Source: Octopus vulgaris (taxonomy: Eukaryota). Taken from it: a DNA stretch of 64,000 nucleotides. The notes under the pieces were generated by a model, which had not been told where the DNA came from, did no database searches, and saw only the letters and a list, made by a program, of their open reading frames with translations. Shown here in pieces: positions 14,143 to 27,727 of the stretch (position 1 is the stretch's first letter; each line of letters starts with the position of its first letter). The position numbers were made by a program, and so were the translations under genes. The stretch lies in the NCBI GenBank assembly GCA_951406725.2, contig OX597814.1:177444001-177508000 (forward strand), read 5' to 3'.

Positions 14143-14413
14143 GTATGTCTGTCTAATGTGTTTGTGAGTGTGTCTGTTTATTTATCTATATATATTACGT
14201 ATACGTATATATATATATATATATATATATATGTAAGCGTGTTGTGTATACGGTGTTTTTGTGCGCGTGTGTGAGTATGTGGTGTGTGTGTGTATGTGCA
14301 AGTACGAGTGCGCATGTATTCCCATTTGCAGAGTCGATTCACCTCACGTACACGAATGTTATCTATTAGTGTGGATAAAGGAGAAAATGCGAGAATGTTA
14401 GTGGGAAACCCAC

Positions 14414-14478
14414 TCTAAATGCACGCCATGTTTTTGCATAGATGACGGGTACGGTGAGAGAACAAGCAAGACGGATTT
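14414..14478 (-). CDS. Candidate coding exon (phase 1->0; Q-IRLACSLTVPVIYAKTWRAFR)
   Basis: Acceptor ctaatcacag|A, donor AGA|gtgggt; phases fit exons 22040-22127 and 5919-6019. Confidence 0.5.
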
Positions 14479-14559
14479 CTGTGATTAGTTTTCGAAATAG
14501 CAACAACAAGTGAATAAAATATAGAAATCAATGACATGGCCGTGAAGTAGAGAATAGCA

Positions 14560-14596
<37 letters not shown>

Positions 14597-17139
14597 ATAG
14601 AGAAACAGAAGAAGAAATACAATCATATGCACGAAACATGTGGTTGAAAAAAGCTCTATGAAACGTACAAAATGAATAGAAGTAACATAAAAACCAAATT
14701 TTTTCCAATCATGAAGCACACTGACCAATCTTGATTCAATATATTTCTATTTTTACAATTGTTGATTGATATTTAGCCTAATATCCATAAATGAAGTTAA
14801 AAAACTTATTTCATATACAAAGTTAAAAAAAACCCCAGCAAAAAACAAAAAAATTATACAAAACTAAAAGTGAAGCTTGTATTGTAATTCTTTCTATCTA
14901 TATTTTCTTATCTTTCTTTCTTTTCTGAACAGAAAAGCTTTCTAAAGTGGGCTGCTATGATTCTTGAATCGATAACCGACAGGATAAAAATGGGTATGTT
15001 ATGTTATCAGAATTTTCTGTTGATAACTTCTGTTGCAGCTGGAAACAATTCATGGTAGAAACAATTATCCATCGATCCATCCAGCCATTCATCTTTCCAT
15101 TCATCCATCTGTTCGTCGAGCCATCCATTCACCTATTTATCCACCCATCCACCAATTTATTCACCCATCTAACCACACATCCACCCATTTATCTATCCAT
15201 CACCCAATTTTCTATCCAGCCATTCATGCACCCAGTCATTCATCTGTCTAACCATACACCAATCCATCCTCACATGTTTATATATATGTGAAAACACACC
15301 ATGTTTGCATGCATACACCTATATAGAATCACTCATTACATGCCAAATTTCTGGAATGCTATCTTAACATATTTTCGGAGTTCGCGCAAGCATAATTTTC
15401 TGGTTAATCGCTATCTTTCTGGTTTTGTGAAATCAAACTTCTTAAGATTGTATGTGTAGCAGATCTATACTGTGATTCGAACGCTTCGAAATACGAAGTT
15501 TTGCAACCGATATTTCGCCTCGTCATTAAAAATCTAACCTATGGCATTTTTCTTTAGGAATTTCCGGAATCTCGCAGATGCGATGACGTCAAGAAAAATC
15601 TAACCAACGACACCCAACTACATATATACTTTGAATGACGTCAGCAAATTTAACAAATCCAAATTTGTTCAATGTAAATAAGTCACGCTCTATCATCCTC
15701 ATAGTTTACGAAAAGAGTAATGAATAACTGGCGGCGGAACTGTGGTATACGAAGATAGAAACAAATTTGATGAGGTCAGCAGTCAGTGAGCAACAGGTTG
15801 ATACCGGGAGACAAGATACTGTTGTCAAGGAAAAGAAAATACAAGCTGGTAAACAGACACGTGATTGACGAAAATTAACTGCAAATGAAATTCTTTCTCT
15901 AACTGATACTGCTTACAAAACATCACCGGAAGTTCTGATTCTTTTTCAACAACCTGATTGTCGAAAAAATATGAACGCTATATTATGGAACCACTTCCAT
16001 CAAAATTCACCACCACACAGAAAAATGTCTGCTTGACACTGTAAAATGAACTCCGTTTTTTAGTCTTTCGTCTTTGCCTCTACACGACAGATGCATCTGT
16101 TATTTTTCCTTTCGTTCTAAAGTAACAATAAATATACCATGACTTTGACCTTCATTCATTTCATAAAGACTGGCTCATCATATAATTAAATAAGTATGTA
16201 TGTGACTATGAATACACGCTTGCATCTGTGTAAGTATATGCGTGTGAATGTATGTACGTATGTATAGACGTGTGTATGCATGTATGAATATATGTGTTAT
16301 ATGTGTGGAAGCTTTCTTTTTAATTATTTGAATAATTAATTGCTCTAGGAAAAAGGTGATTTTCAACAAAGAAACAAAACTCCAGCATTAGAATTTAGTT
16401 AACAACAGTGGCGTGTTGCACTGCAAAGTATGTTATCTAGTTACTTTCATTGCTTATCCCCACCAGCTTTTCGTGATTACAACTTATACATTTAGTAACA
16501 TAGCCAAGTGTAGCAATAATTGTCTGTTCACATGTAATATTATAATCTGACTGGAGAAAATGTAGTTTTCAAAATTTGCTTATAAATAATATCTTTCTTC
16601 CTGATTTTTGAAAGAAATGCTTTAGAACTATTGGACTGCTGACCTCCGTAATCATACATAACTTTATACTCTTCTCTCTAAATCTACTAATGCCTTCCTG
16701 TTACGTCTGATTTTGCCGAATGTTTTGATTCCTTGTGTTGTAAAACGTGTGTGGTCTCAACAATAGAAAAGTTTTTCTATATTTATCCCAAGTCGCTCTT
16801 TCTTTTGTATAATTGCATATTCTTTTAACATTTTGCTGAACTGACAAGCAGTACATAAATGTATCATTGGACTGGTGCTTTTCCCATAAGAAATATCTTC
16901 CACAGGAATGTGGCATAATCTACACTTACGGTCACCTTTATGCATTTGAGCGTTTCAATATATTATTATTCAGTAGGAATTTTGTAGCTGTCTACTGCAC
17001 TTGAATGTCAAACTCCAGCCTGTAACGTGATGAAACAGGGACGTGTCGAGGGATGTACCCTTCTTTTCATTTTCCAACTGTTCTCTTACACTACTCCAAA
17101 AGTTCCAGAGTCACAAAAAAATGTTGTAGCGATGTGAAT

Positions 17140-17380
17140 AATTCTTATTTCTTTACTACCCACAAGGGGCTAAACAGAGAGAGGACAAACAAGGACAGAC
17201 AAACGGATTAAATCGATTACATCGACCCCAGTGCGTAACTGGTACTTATTTAATCGACCCCGAAAGGATGAAAGGCAAAGTCGACCTCGGCGGAATTTGA
17301 GCTCAGAACGTAACGGCAGACGAAATACCGCTAAGCATTTCGTCCGGCTCGCTGAATAATTCTTGAGGAGTTCGCTACCG
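17140..17380 (-). mobile_element. tRNA-derived SINE, Nin/Deu-like family
   Basis: atcgaccccgaaaggatgaaaggcaaagtcgacctcggcggaatttgagctc is the reverse complement of the family core. Confidence 0.88.
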
Positions 17381-18191
17381 ACCTGTAGAATATTGTTAGC
17401 TTTAATTTTGAACAATTAATCTTGAGTTCTTGGTTTTGGTATGCATTTTATTGCTATAGTTATTGCTTAGTCTAAAACGTTTGAGTAGTAGCATATGATA
17501 TTCAAAGGCTGTCTGAATATAATCTTAGCTCTTTCACGTCATGTTAGAAAATATCAGTCAATATGACTATGCTCAGAAGCTCTCTTGTGATGTCAAGATT
17601 TTGACTGTTTTAATAATTTTAGAGCGAATATCTTCTGTATAAAAATCCATATTATCGCAAATGTTGATACTAGTGCTGAAATATATGTATGGGACATTAT
17701 CGTGTTAGGAGAAAGCTACGACTGTAGTATTTTAAATGTCTGACATGATACTTTTCGCCCTTACTTTCCTCATCGCTTCATCGTTGCATGCATTTTCATC
17801 AATTTTCTAAATGTGTAAGCAATCACTGTGCGGAACGAAGGGTATAGAGATAGAATTCATATAAAGGTTTATAGCCTATGAAATAGTTTTTAGCATTCAA
17901 CTGTCAAGTATCAGTTTATTTGGGGGCCAAATTCTATATCTATGTAGCTGAAAATGTTATCAATTTTAAACGTTTCCATAAAATTTTATGTATCTATATT
18001 TTTTTTTTACTATGATATTTAAGTTTATTTTGACCAGCAACCTTCCCGGCGGTAATTTTGTAAAGAGAAGAAAAAAAAAATAGACGTCATATTCCCGCCA
18101 ACATTTGTGTAACAATTAGTGCATTTGTACTATGACTAAAGGTGATTATTAATGTTATAAGACCAAGCACTAAATTCGGAACGGAAGTACA

Positions 18192-18245
<54 letters not shown>

Positions 18246-18348
18246 TTTGTGTATATATTTTATGTTTAATATATATTCATATGTTTAACATATATGGTTT
18301 ATATGTGCGTACATGCGTACATGTGTGTGTGTGTAATAAGTGTGTACA

Positions 18349-18402
<54 letters not shown>

Positions 18403-18699
18403 TGTGTGTGCGTGTGTGTGTGTGTCATTGCAAATATAACTTATAAATTAGCATGTCTCTATATTGTCTAGAAGTTGTCGAAGATCCATAGGCGCAAAAC
18501 ATATTTTGTGGAACCAATGATTGATATCTGTGTATGTATATATATATATATGTGTGTACGTGTGTGTGTGCGTATGTATGTGTGTGTATGAGAAATTATC
18601 TCCACGTCTACATTAACTTATTCAGTTAAAACTTTTATTCAAAGAGGATTGGGTATGCTCTATGTGTGATATGCATAGCGGAGGGTGAATGTAGAGCTA

Positions 18700-19570
18700 T
18701 AACGAAACCGGCAGATCAAAGGTAAATGCCCGTTTGATAGAAAGGTAGATCAGATCAACGGTACCAGAACAGATCAGATTCACAATTCGGAAGGTATTTA
18801 AATAATATGAGGAAATATGTATACTGGAAACGTAGATCAAATCGATGGCAGATCAAACAAATAAATACCTGAATACTACATTAACGTTAGGGTAGTTGAT
18901 CTTTGCTGTGATGGTTGGCAGATCAATGGTGGAGCAATAGATCGAAATTTTTATGGTTCGAATCTAGATCAATGGTACAGTAGAAGTTCAGTAGCATGTA
19001 GGAAGATTAATGGTTTAAGAGGTAGATAGATCATTGAAAATTAGTATGATAGATCAATGATGGTAGTTAAATGGTGAAACGAAGACCAGTCGATGGTAAT
19101 AAACATGATCAACACTGAATATCTAGGTAAATGGCTAGACTGTGGATCAATACAGTGAGGGCATATTAATAGCGAGATGGCTTATCATTCTTATCGTTCT
19201 TGAAATAGTGGCTAATCTGTGGTGAAATGGCGGTCAGGAGAGTAATAAGTGACGTGTACATTGATTGCAAATCAATGCAATCAACAGAGCGATAACAAAT
19301 AAATAGTGAGACGACACGCAGATTAATTATGATGGCAGATCAATGGTAAGATGACAAATCAGTGATATGATGACAGGATCAGTGGTAAGATCGAAAATAA
19401 ATTGTTAAATGCTGGATCAATATTGATATAGTCCCCGATGGTAATGCGACAGATCGATTGATTGGCATGGATTAATTAAAAGAAATGAGATAGATCAATG
19501 GTGTAAAATTCAGATAATCTATGTTAATATGATGGATTACTGACGGAGCAAGCAAAGAAATCAATAGTTA
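18700..19570. repeat. Old degenerate minisatellite built on (g/t)agatcaatggt
   Basis: The agatcaa/gatcaatgg motif recurs many times at roughly 20-40 bp spacing. Confidence 0.65.
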
Positions 19571-20329
19571 GATTTTGATTAACCAGTGTTTACAATATAC
19601 CAATCTTTTAATCAAAGCTCAAAAGAAAGAAGTATCAACGAGAAAATGAAAGATAAATATATTGTCTTCTAACTTCCAAAAGATAATTTGAGAGTTGATG
19701 AGTAGAGATTAAACAATCATATAAGGACATCGATTAAACGACAAGAAGGATGTCAAATTAATCAATCAACTGCGGAAGAACACTGGAAAAGAATTATACA
19801 GAACGATATTCACGGTGTGGAGACATTAAAATGCAAATTTTCTTAGGTGCTTCTATAATACAAGCAGCTGTTAGAAAACATAAAGATACAGCTTTTCTGA
19901 AGAAATAGAGCTAAGTAATCTCTAAAACTGATTACCACATCTGTAATTAAAACTAAGCAGATGTTACCAAATGATAGGTAGAAACTAGAAAACAAATGAA
20001 ACTCTGTTTTTTTAAATAAAATTTTGCTTTAAAATATTGGCGTTAATTTTGTTTACTTTTCTATGAATTCTTTTTGTATTTTAAAAGTGACATTTAAATT
20101 CTATTTTATCTTTCGTTACAGTAACAATGGTTTTTTAAAATGCTATTTTAGGTCTTTCTTATACTTTATGGTATTTGGTTCTATTCATATATTTAGTTTC
20201 AAACAGTAATGTTCTGAAGAACTTTGCTTCTTTATTTTTTCTACTGTTTAAATTTAAATGCTCAAGTTTCTGCGCGACAGTATAGCAGGAAGAAAATACT
20301 GCAAGAGAGTGTGCTGCACATTAAAATAG

Positions 20330-20520
20330 AAATATGATAGGATCAAATATTCCCAGATCATCCCGCTGATCCCTCGGACATTGCCTCTTAAGGACTACCT
20401 CATTAATTATACTCTTCCGTTTCCAATGCTGCTGATGAAATTTGGAAAAAAATTGGCCGCCTTTTCTAGGCAATCCGTCAACTACACAGAGGCTCACTTG
20501 ATACATATCTATATGATTTT
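20330..20520 (+). pseudogene. Very decayed mariner transposase C-terminal fragment
   Basis: catcccgctgatccctcggacattgcctct...gactac reads HPADPSDIAS..DY, resembling HPPYSPDLAPSDY. Confidence 0.4.
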
Positions 20521-20571
20521 GTATCACATTTTATATGCATCCATCCGACCGACTGACTGATCGTCCATCTG

Positions 20572-20623
<52 letters not shown>

Positions 20624-21244
20624 GTCTATCTGTCTGTATGTCTGTCTGTCTGTCCCTCTATCTACCAAGCTATTTATCTGTCTGTTTTTTTCCCTATACC
20701 TACCTATGTATGGCATTGGCATTTATCACAGTAGATGGAGGGCATAGATCTCGGTTAGAGTGTGGGAAATGTGCTACATTTCGTGGTACTACTACTTCCA
20801 CTAGTACTATGTCACTTTTATTGGCACACGGTTAGTGGAATATGTTAAGAGTAATATGGATGAGAGTCAAATTAGACATATCCTTTTACTCATTACAAAG
20901 ATCCTAAATACTTTTTAGTCACTGTTAGCCTTGTATAGTGCCATTTCATTTCTTTTCTCTTTTCGAATCATCAGTATGACATGCCACCAAGCAGATATGT
21001 TACATATAACATGCCACTAAGCAGGTATTGAACATTTTACGAAGTGAAATACGTTATAAGATATTCAAAGTATGTGTTTTTCTTCCTTAAACAAAATAGT
21101 TTACAAATGCTGAGACAATAGAGAGCAAATGTGAATATAACTGCGACTTAAAACAAGTGTAGAAGTGATAAATAAGTCACTGTCTTAAGACGTTCTACAA
21201 ATAACTGCTAAAGTTTCTGGAAATTACAACGTACCGTCTTTGTA

Positions 21245-21288
<44 letters not shown>

Positions 21289-21444
21289 GAAGAAGAAGAA
21301 TAGGAAGAAGAAGAGAAATAAGAAGGGGGAAGGAGAATAACAATCAGGCTAAACTATGGTATGATGATCTCACTAAACGCCTTTAAATAGCTAATAAATC
21401 CTATTAGTCTTCATAGTTAAATGCAGACATTCACAAACACCAGT

Positions 21445-21536
<92 letters not shown>

Positions 21537-21704
21537 TTTTCGTCTCGCGATCCCTTTTGATAAGAACTTTATTTTTCTCCTTTTTTTTCTTCTATTTCCG
21601 AAAAGAAAAACTCTACATTGTATTTTGTCCCCTCTGTGTTCGACCCAGTGTGGCTAATAAAGAAACTTATCTCTTTCTCTCCCCCTCTCCATCTCTCTCT
21701 CTCT

Positions 21705-21758
<54 letters not shown>

Positions 21759-22039
21759 CCAGTAATGCATTTATTTCTAATATGAAATGGAAGTGTTAAT
21801 CGCGACCTGTTGTTGGGCTTATTGAAACGTATGTTTGGATTTTGTACCAGCAGTAGTTCAGTTAAGTATTAATTGCGGTTGTATTAGTACCTAACGCAGT
21901 TGGGGTTGCTTTTACAAGAGGTCATTATTATTGCGAGTGCAAATATGCGCAAATAGAAAACAAGCATTACAAGAACAATCATCAACACACACACACATCA
22001 TCATCATCATCGTCACATAAGCACACGCAGACTGCCCAC

Positions 22040-22127
22040 GTAAATGCAGCTTCGGCAAATGTTCTGGATTACATCTATATCTAATGTCTCCAAACAAACA
22101 GCGGATTCTCTTCACATCTCTTACATA
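22040..22127 (-). CDS. Candidate coding exon (phase 0->1; YVRDVKRIRCLFGDIRYRCNPEHLPKLHL)
   Basis: Acceptor tcattccag|T, donor TAC|gtgggc; only frame 0 is open. Confidence 0.5.
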
Positions 22128-22347
22128 CTGGAATGATCTATCAGTTACCAATTGTTAGCTTTTCATCTTTTGGCTTCACAGTATTTATTTTCCGCCTGTT
22201 TTGCTAACGTCACCGGCAAACAATCAATAGCAATACTCACTGAACTTCTCAGAAAACCTGCCCACACAATGATATCTAATACTTCGTCTTAGAAAGTGGA
22301 AGCTTATGGCAGTATGCATACAGACGCGGTCATATATATATATATAT

Positions 22348-22401
<54 letters not shown>

Positions 22402-22472
22402 CCGCTCTTTTACGATGTATGTGTGTGTGTGTGTAGATGATTGTTCTTGTAATGCTTGTTTTCTATTTGTGC

Positions 22473-22509
<37 letters not shown>

Positions 22510-24289
22510 CACATACATATGAGGATGCATATGTATGTTTATATACTCATATATACTCATACATATATCTATAGATAGGTATAGATTAGTCGTATATACA
22601 TATTTCAAAGGAGCCAAATGCAGAAACGCTATCGATAAAGGGCAACTGAAAAACTCAACAGAAATGACGGTAGCCAAGTTTGGATTCAATGTGTAATAAA
22701 AATAAGGTGCAAAAATGAGATAAGAACATTTGTGAAAGGAAAGTTGGGTGAAATGTCGTATGTATGTGTTTATATGTTAATCCATTAATGTACGTATTTG
22801 TGTGTGCTTGTATGAATGAAAGTGTAATATATGTGGGTTCTGAATTTAAATCGAAAAGTCTGTATTAGTTAATATCAGGTATTATTGAGGAGACTTGGAA
22901 AATGTATTTTAAGGTTAAATTTAAACTATTGTAGCACAATAGCGATTTCATAAAATAATTGTTTATATATTTTAATGGGTTAATTTTAGATATACATAAA
23001 TGCAAAATAAAATCACACTGTATTAAATTGAAACATTTGCTTTTTCATAAAATTTATAACATTTTATCTTATATTAAATTTTAAATTTAAATAAAATAAG
23101 CTGACATCTAATTGCGTAGTATATTTTTTATCAACAATAATGCGTATATTGAATCTATTTCTTATAACATAATAAAAGTGAATTGAATTGCTAAATTCAG
23201 TAAATGAAATTAAAATAATAAAACGAAGGGCGATATTTTAAGAAAAAATAATGTAATTTGTTTACTTCATTTCCACGAATATCTTATGAAAAAGCAACTA
23301 AAAATACTTAAATGTGTTCAATTTTATACTGTTAATGTTCTAGAAAATAACAAATGAATATTTTGCATTGCCACCGTAATTTTCTTTACGACCAACCAAA
23401 TTATACTCACGTTATACATAAATAATTTTAAAACAAATCGAAAGTGATTTTATATATGAATTATAGTTATTTGCATTATTCTGGAAATAAGAACCACAGA
23501 ATCATAGATCAATTTGATAGGACCTTTATAAAAATTATTCTAACTGTATTCTTCAACAAGTAGTTAAGACAATATTTGTTTCGTTTGAAATATGTTACGT
23601 TTCTAACATTAGGATCGAGAGTAGGTACTGTAATTTACAAAACGTAAAGTAAAACCTGGATTCCAAACATTTTTCTGCTCCTGAAATCTCTGTAATTTTT
23701 TTTGTTTATCTTTGGACACCCTACTAAATTGATACGACATTTGAAGGTGAAGTCAATTTTCTAATATCTAATTTCTTCTTATTTTTAAAATTGAATCAGA
23801 TACAATAATACTCTGGATGGATGAACGGAACTCCAAAAATATGCCCGTGTCTCAATGCATAAATACAATATAAATGTAAAGGTAAATTGAGCAATTACAA
23901 AAAGAAAAAGAAAAACAAAGCCTTAAATTGATTTTAAATATGAATTATAGTTACTTGCATTATTCTGGAAATAAGAACTACAGAATCATAGATCAATTTG
24001 ATAAGACCTTTATAAAAATTATCAACTTTATTAATTATTAACTTTATTAACTAAATTCAAAATAAAATTCAAAAACTTCTTCGTTTCTGTTTCTCATTAA
24101 TGAGTTTCCCAAAAGCATGAATCATTCTCGATGATTGCGATCCGTAAGGCTACCTGTCGACTCAGATAATTCCTAGATTTTCTCTTGATTCACAAAAAAA
24201 AAAACTGAATAAAGAATCACACTAATATGTCAGCGCAAATGAAACGAGGATCGAGTTCTTCAATCGCCATCTCTTAAAGGTTAAAACAA

Positions 24290-24395
24290 TACGTAGCTAC
24301 GGCGGTACATATTCTAAAATTGGAACGATACAGATAAGATTAGCATGGCCCCTGTGCAAGGGTGACACGCAAATTTGTGAAGCGTTCCATATTTT
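24290..24395 (+). pseudogene. RNU6: U6 snRNA pseudogene, near full length
   Basis: acatattctaaaattggaacgatacagataagattagcatggcccctgtgcaagggtgacacgcaaatttgtgaagcgttccatatttt matches the U6 consensus; the ACAGAGA box is mutated to ACAGATA, with CpG-type substitutions. Confidence 0.93.
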
Positions 24396-24398
24396 CTA

Positions 24399-24560
24399 GG
24401 CGCAGGAGTGGCTGTGTGGTGAGTAGCTTGCTTACCAACCACATGGTTCTGGTTTCAGTCCCACTACGTGGCACCTTGGGCAAGTGTCTTCTACTAAAGC
24501 CTTGTGAGTGGATTTGGTAAACGGAAACTGAAAGAAGCCCGTTGTATATATGTATATATG
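24399..24560 (+). mobile_element. tRNA-derived CORE-like SINE 5' half with an internal deletion, directly after U6
   Basis: Same head as 6879; lacks the tagcctcgggccgacc segment. Confidence 0.9.
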
Positions 24561-24609
24561 TTTGCCCCAAAATACCATCAGTCTCAACTTTCACCAAAAT
24601 GCTATTCAC

Positions 24610-24707
24610 CACTTCTACCATCGCAAATGCCATCTCTCGCTCATAATGGTAATGGACACTACAGACTGGGGACGCTACATATTTCTCTGCTGCATCTGTG
24701 CTTTCAC
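24610..24707 (-). CDS. Candidate coding exon (phase 1->0; G-ESTDAAEKYVASPVCSVHYHYEREMAFAMVEV)
   Basis: Acceptor tgttgtcttag|G, donor GTG|gtgaat; the other two frames have stops. Confidence 0.45.
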
Positions 24708-25154
24708 CTAAGACAACATAAGCACGATACATGTAATGGCTGCATTTGACTGAACACTCCCTCTTTGCAATGCATATACAAAATATAGCCCTGGTCACGA
24801 ATTAAGTGGTCTATAACTCAAGAATGTACTCAATACAGTACAGTCACTAAGCTTTTTATAAAACAAAAGTTTCTTGCAGTAAATGTTTTATTGATTAATA
24901 AGAGGTTGCATTACAATAGTACGATTTTTCGAAGAGGTGCACTGAAACAATTGCTCCATTGTATAACATCACTTGGTTAATAAAAGTTACGCTTTATGTA
25001 TGTGTGTGCATATGACGTGCTTGAGCGGGTGTGTGTATGTCTGTGTGTGGTGAGGGCATTGAAATAACTGGCCACATCTATAATGCCAATGGATTTTATT
25101 TTGTACGTAAATAGTGAAGCTTAATTTTTCACAGTACAAATTGGATTCATCATA

Positions 25155-25203
<49 letters not shown>

Positions 25204-25250
25204 ACATACACATATTCGAATATAAGCATACAGTAACAGTATAACACACA

Positions 25251-25294
<44 letters not shown>

Positions 25295-25297
<3 letters not shown>

Positions 25298-25500
25298 TTT
25301 TACCCTTTTACTTGTTTCAGTCATTTGACTGCGGCTATGCTGGAGCACCGCCTTTAGTCGAGCAAATCGACCCAAGGACCTATTCTTTGGAAGCCTAGTA
25401 CTTATTCTATCTGTCTCTTTTGTCGAACCACTAAGTTACGGGGACGCAAACACACCACCATCGGTTGTCAAGTGATGTTGGGGGAGCAAACACAGACACA
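25295..25500 (-). mobile_element. 3' half of the 6879-type SINE
   Basis: Reverse complement of the 7095-7270 segment. Confidence 0.88.
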
Positions 25501-25515
25501 CAAATACACACACGT

Positions 25516-25551
<36 letters not shown>

Positions 25552-25552
<1 letters not shown>

Positions 25553-25813
25553 ATAATATTTGGGAGTAAATCCAAACCTACAGGGAAAAATTAGTTTTAG
25601 GATTAAATCTAATTTTATAGTATAAATATATATATTATATTAAATTAGAGATAAAACCACTATTAGGCAAATCAAACAGTGAAAATCATAAGCCAATACA
25701 TAGAAATAAAATTAATTAATAAAATATATAAAAAATATAAAATATAAAATTCCAAATTAAAATATTTAAATTAAAGTTAAAATTTTAAAAAAATTATTTA
25801 AATTAATAATTTA

Positions 25814-25860
<47 letters not shown>

Positions 25861-27421
25861 ATTATTATTATTATTTTATTTATTTATTTATTTTTTAAAA
25901 TTAAATAACTATCAAAAAGTATTAAAAGTTTAATATAAGATAAAGAGTAAAACCACTACGATCGTTTCATGCCCGTAACCAATTCGAATAACAATAATTT
26001 AAATTCAATTAATAATTCGAATTTTTGATACAGTCAATCTTTAGGTTAATTGTAATATTTTAATAAATAATCAGAAATATTTAAACAATATTTTTTAAGA
26101 AATAAATAATATAAACTTTTTTCTTATAAAAGAACTCTATTATCAAACTAGAAACTTAACGATTATGATTATGTCAAAACATCGATTATAATGTTAAATA
26201 TTAATTTAATTTTCAAGTATTAATTTTTAAAGTAAGAAACCCACCTAATATCAGTTATAGTCAATATCTAATTACATAAATATTTTACAAAAAAAATGAC
26301 TATTCATACTATTAAAAATATAATATTTAAATAATATATAAATTATCAATGAAAATATATAAATGTATATAAATATTAGAATTAAGATCTAAAATTATCT
26401 CTATAAATAAATATATATGCACATATAATAAAGACCTAATAAATTAATTATTCATATTACTAATAAAAATATTAACATATTGAAGATGAAATAGCTAATT
26501 TCAAAAATACAAACAAACAATCTTAAACGAACGCTATAGCAAATTAACTATCTTTATATCTCGTTGGCTAAATAATAACTTTCAAAAATCTTATATTTAA
26601 CATACTTAATGAAATAATCAATTCGTAGTTATATAGTATCAATTAAATACTATAAATATATTTATCAATGGGAATAATATAACTACCATTTATCAATTTA
26701 AAAAGACAATATATAAGTTATAATAATAATTATAAGAAATTTAAAACTACAATTAATGCTATTAATACATGTATATACATGAAACTTAACTTTAAACAAC
26801 TCGTATACTTGCTATCAAACAATATATCTATCGCTAAGTAAATTCCTACGAATAAACTTAAAGTTAATATCTAATAATTATATAGAAAATTACGATAATT
26901 ACATAAACAACGATTTTACATAAAAAAAACAATAATATTATACCATAAGACTTATAAAATATTAAAATTTAATAATCTTAAATATAAATTTATACTTAGC
27001 TTAGCGAGGTTTTGTCTTTGGTCGACCCGAGGCTATAGTAGAAGACGCTTGCCCAAGGTGCCACGCAGTGGGAATGAACCCGGAACCATGCGGCTGGTAA
27101 GCAAATTACTTACCACACAGCCACATATTATATATTATCTTATAATAAACTTTTAATACTTTTTGATAGTTATTTGATTAAAAAATAAATAAATAAATAA
27201 ATAAAATAATAATATAATATATATATATATATATATTTAAAATTTATAAGTTTAAATTATTAATTTAAATAATTTTAAAAATTTTAACTTTAATTTAAAT
27301 ATTTTAATTTGGAATCTTATATTTTATATTCTTTATATATCTTATTAATCAATTTTATTTCTATGTATTGGCTTATGATTTTCACAGTTTGATTTGCCTA
27401 ATAGCGGTTTTATCTCTAATT

Positions 27422-27425
<4 letters not shown>
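25552..27425. mobile_element. Extremely AT-rich Penelope-like relic with ~300-bp inverted arms, inserted in (TA)n
   Basis: ~25640-25944 is the imperfect reverse complement of ~27132-27425; the terminus is homologous to 46418-46590. Confidence 0.65.
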
Positions 27426-27469
<44 letters not shown>

Positions 27470-27592
27470 CAAGAGAGAGAGAGAGAGCAAGGCAGAAACA
27501 AGGAAAATGCCACTTATATGTGAACACTATACAAATATTCCTTTAAAAAAACTTTTCTTTTAATTTTTCTAAATTTAATTATTTAATCTTTA

Positions 27593-27630
27593 CAGTTGAA
27601 AAGGTCTCAAAATGACCGAAACCGGTACTG
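27593..27630 (+). ncRNA. Degenerate type I hammerhead motif
   Basis: cag-TTGAAAA-ggtc-tcaaaat-gacc-GAAA-ccgg-TA-ctg: all three helices intact, two core substitutions relative to CTGAAGA. Confidence 0.6.
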
Positions 27631-27678
27631 AAATGTTCTTTATAAAATTATTTTAGCATTTTCTATCTTGACTTGTTT

Positions 27679-27725
<47 letters not shown>

Positions 27726-27727
27726 TA

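Noticed and set aside
15340-16980. Possible DNA-transposon (piggyBac-like) relic
   Set aside because: Only faint motif resemblance and no identifiable termini; cannot be supported by eye.
22241-22257. 17-nt minus-strand microexon (ggcag|GTTTTCTGAGAAGTTCA|gtgagt)
   Set aside because: It introduces a stop after the phase-0 exon 24610-24707 and has a weak acceptor; at most an alternative or poison exon.
24290-24395. Functional U6 gene
   Set aside because: ACAGAGA box and 5' stem are mutated, no convincing upstream promoter is visible, and it is fused to a SINE.
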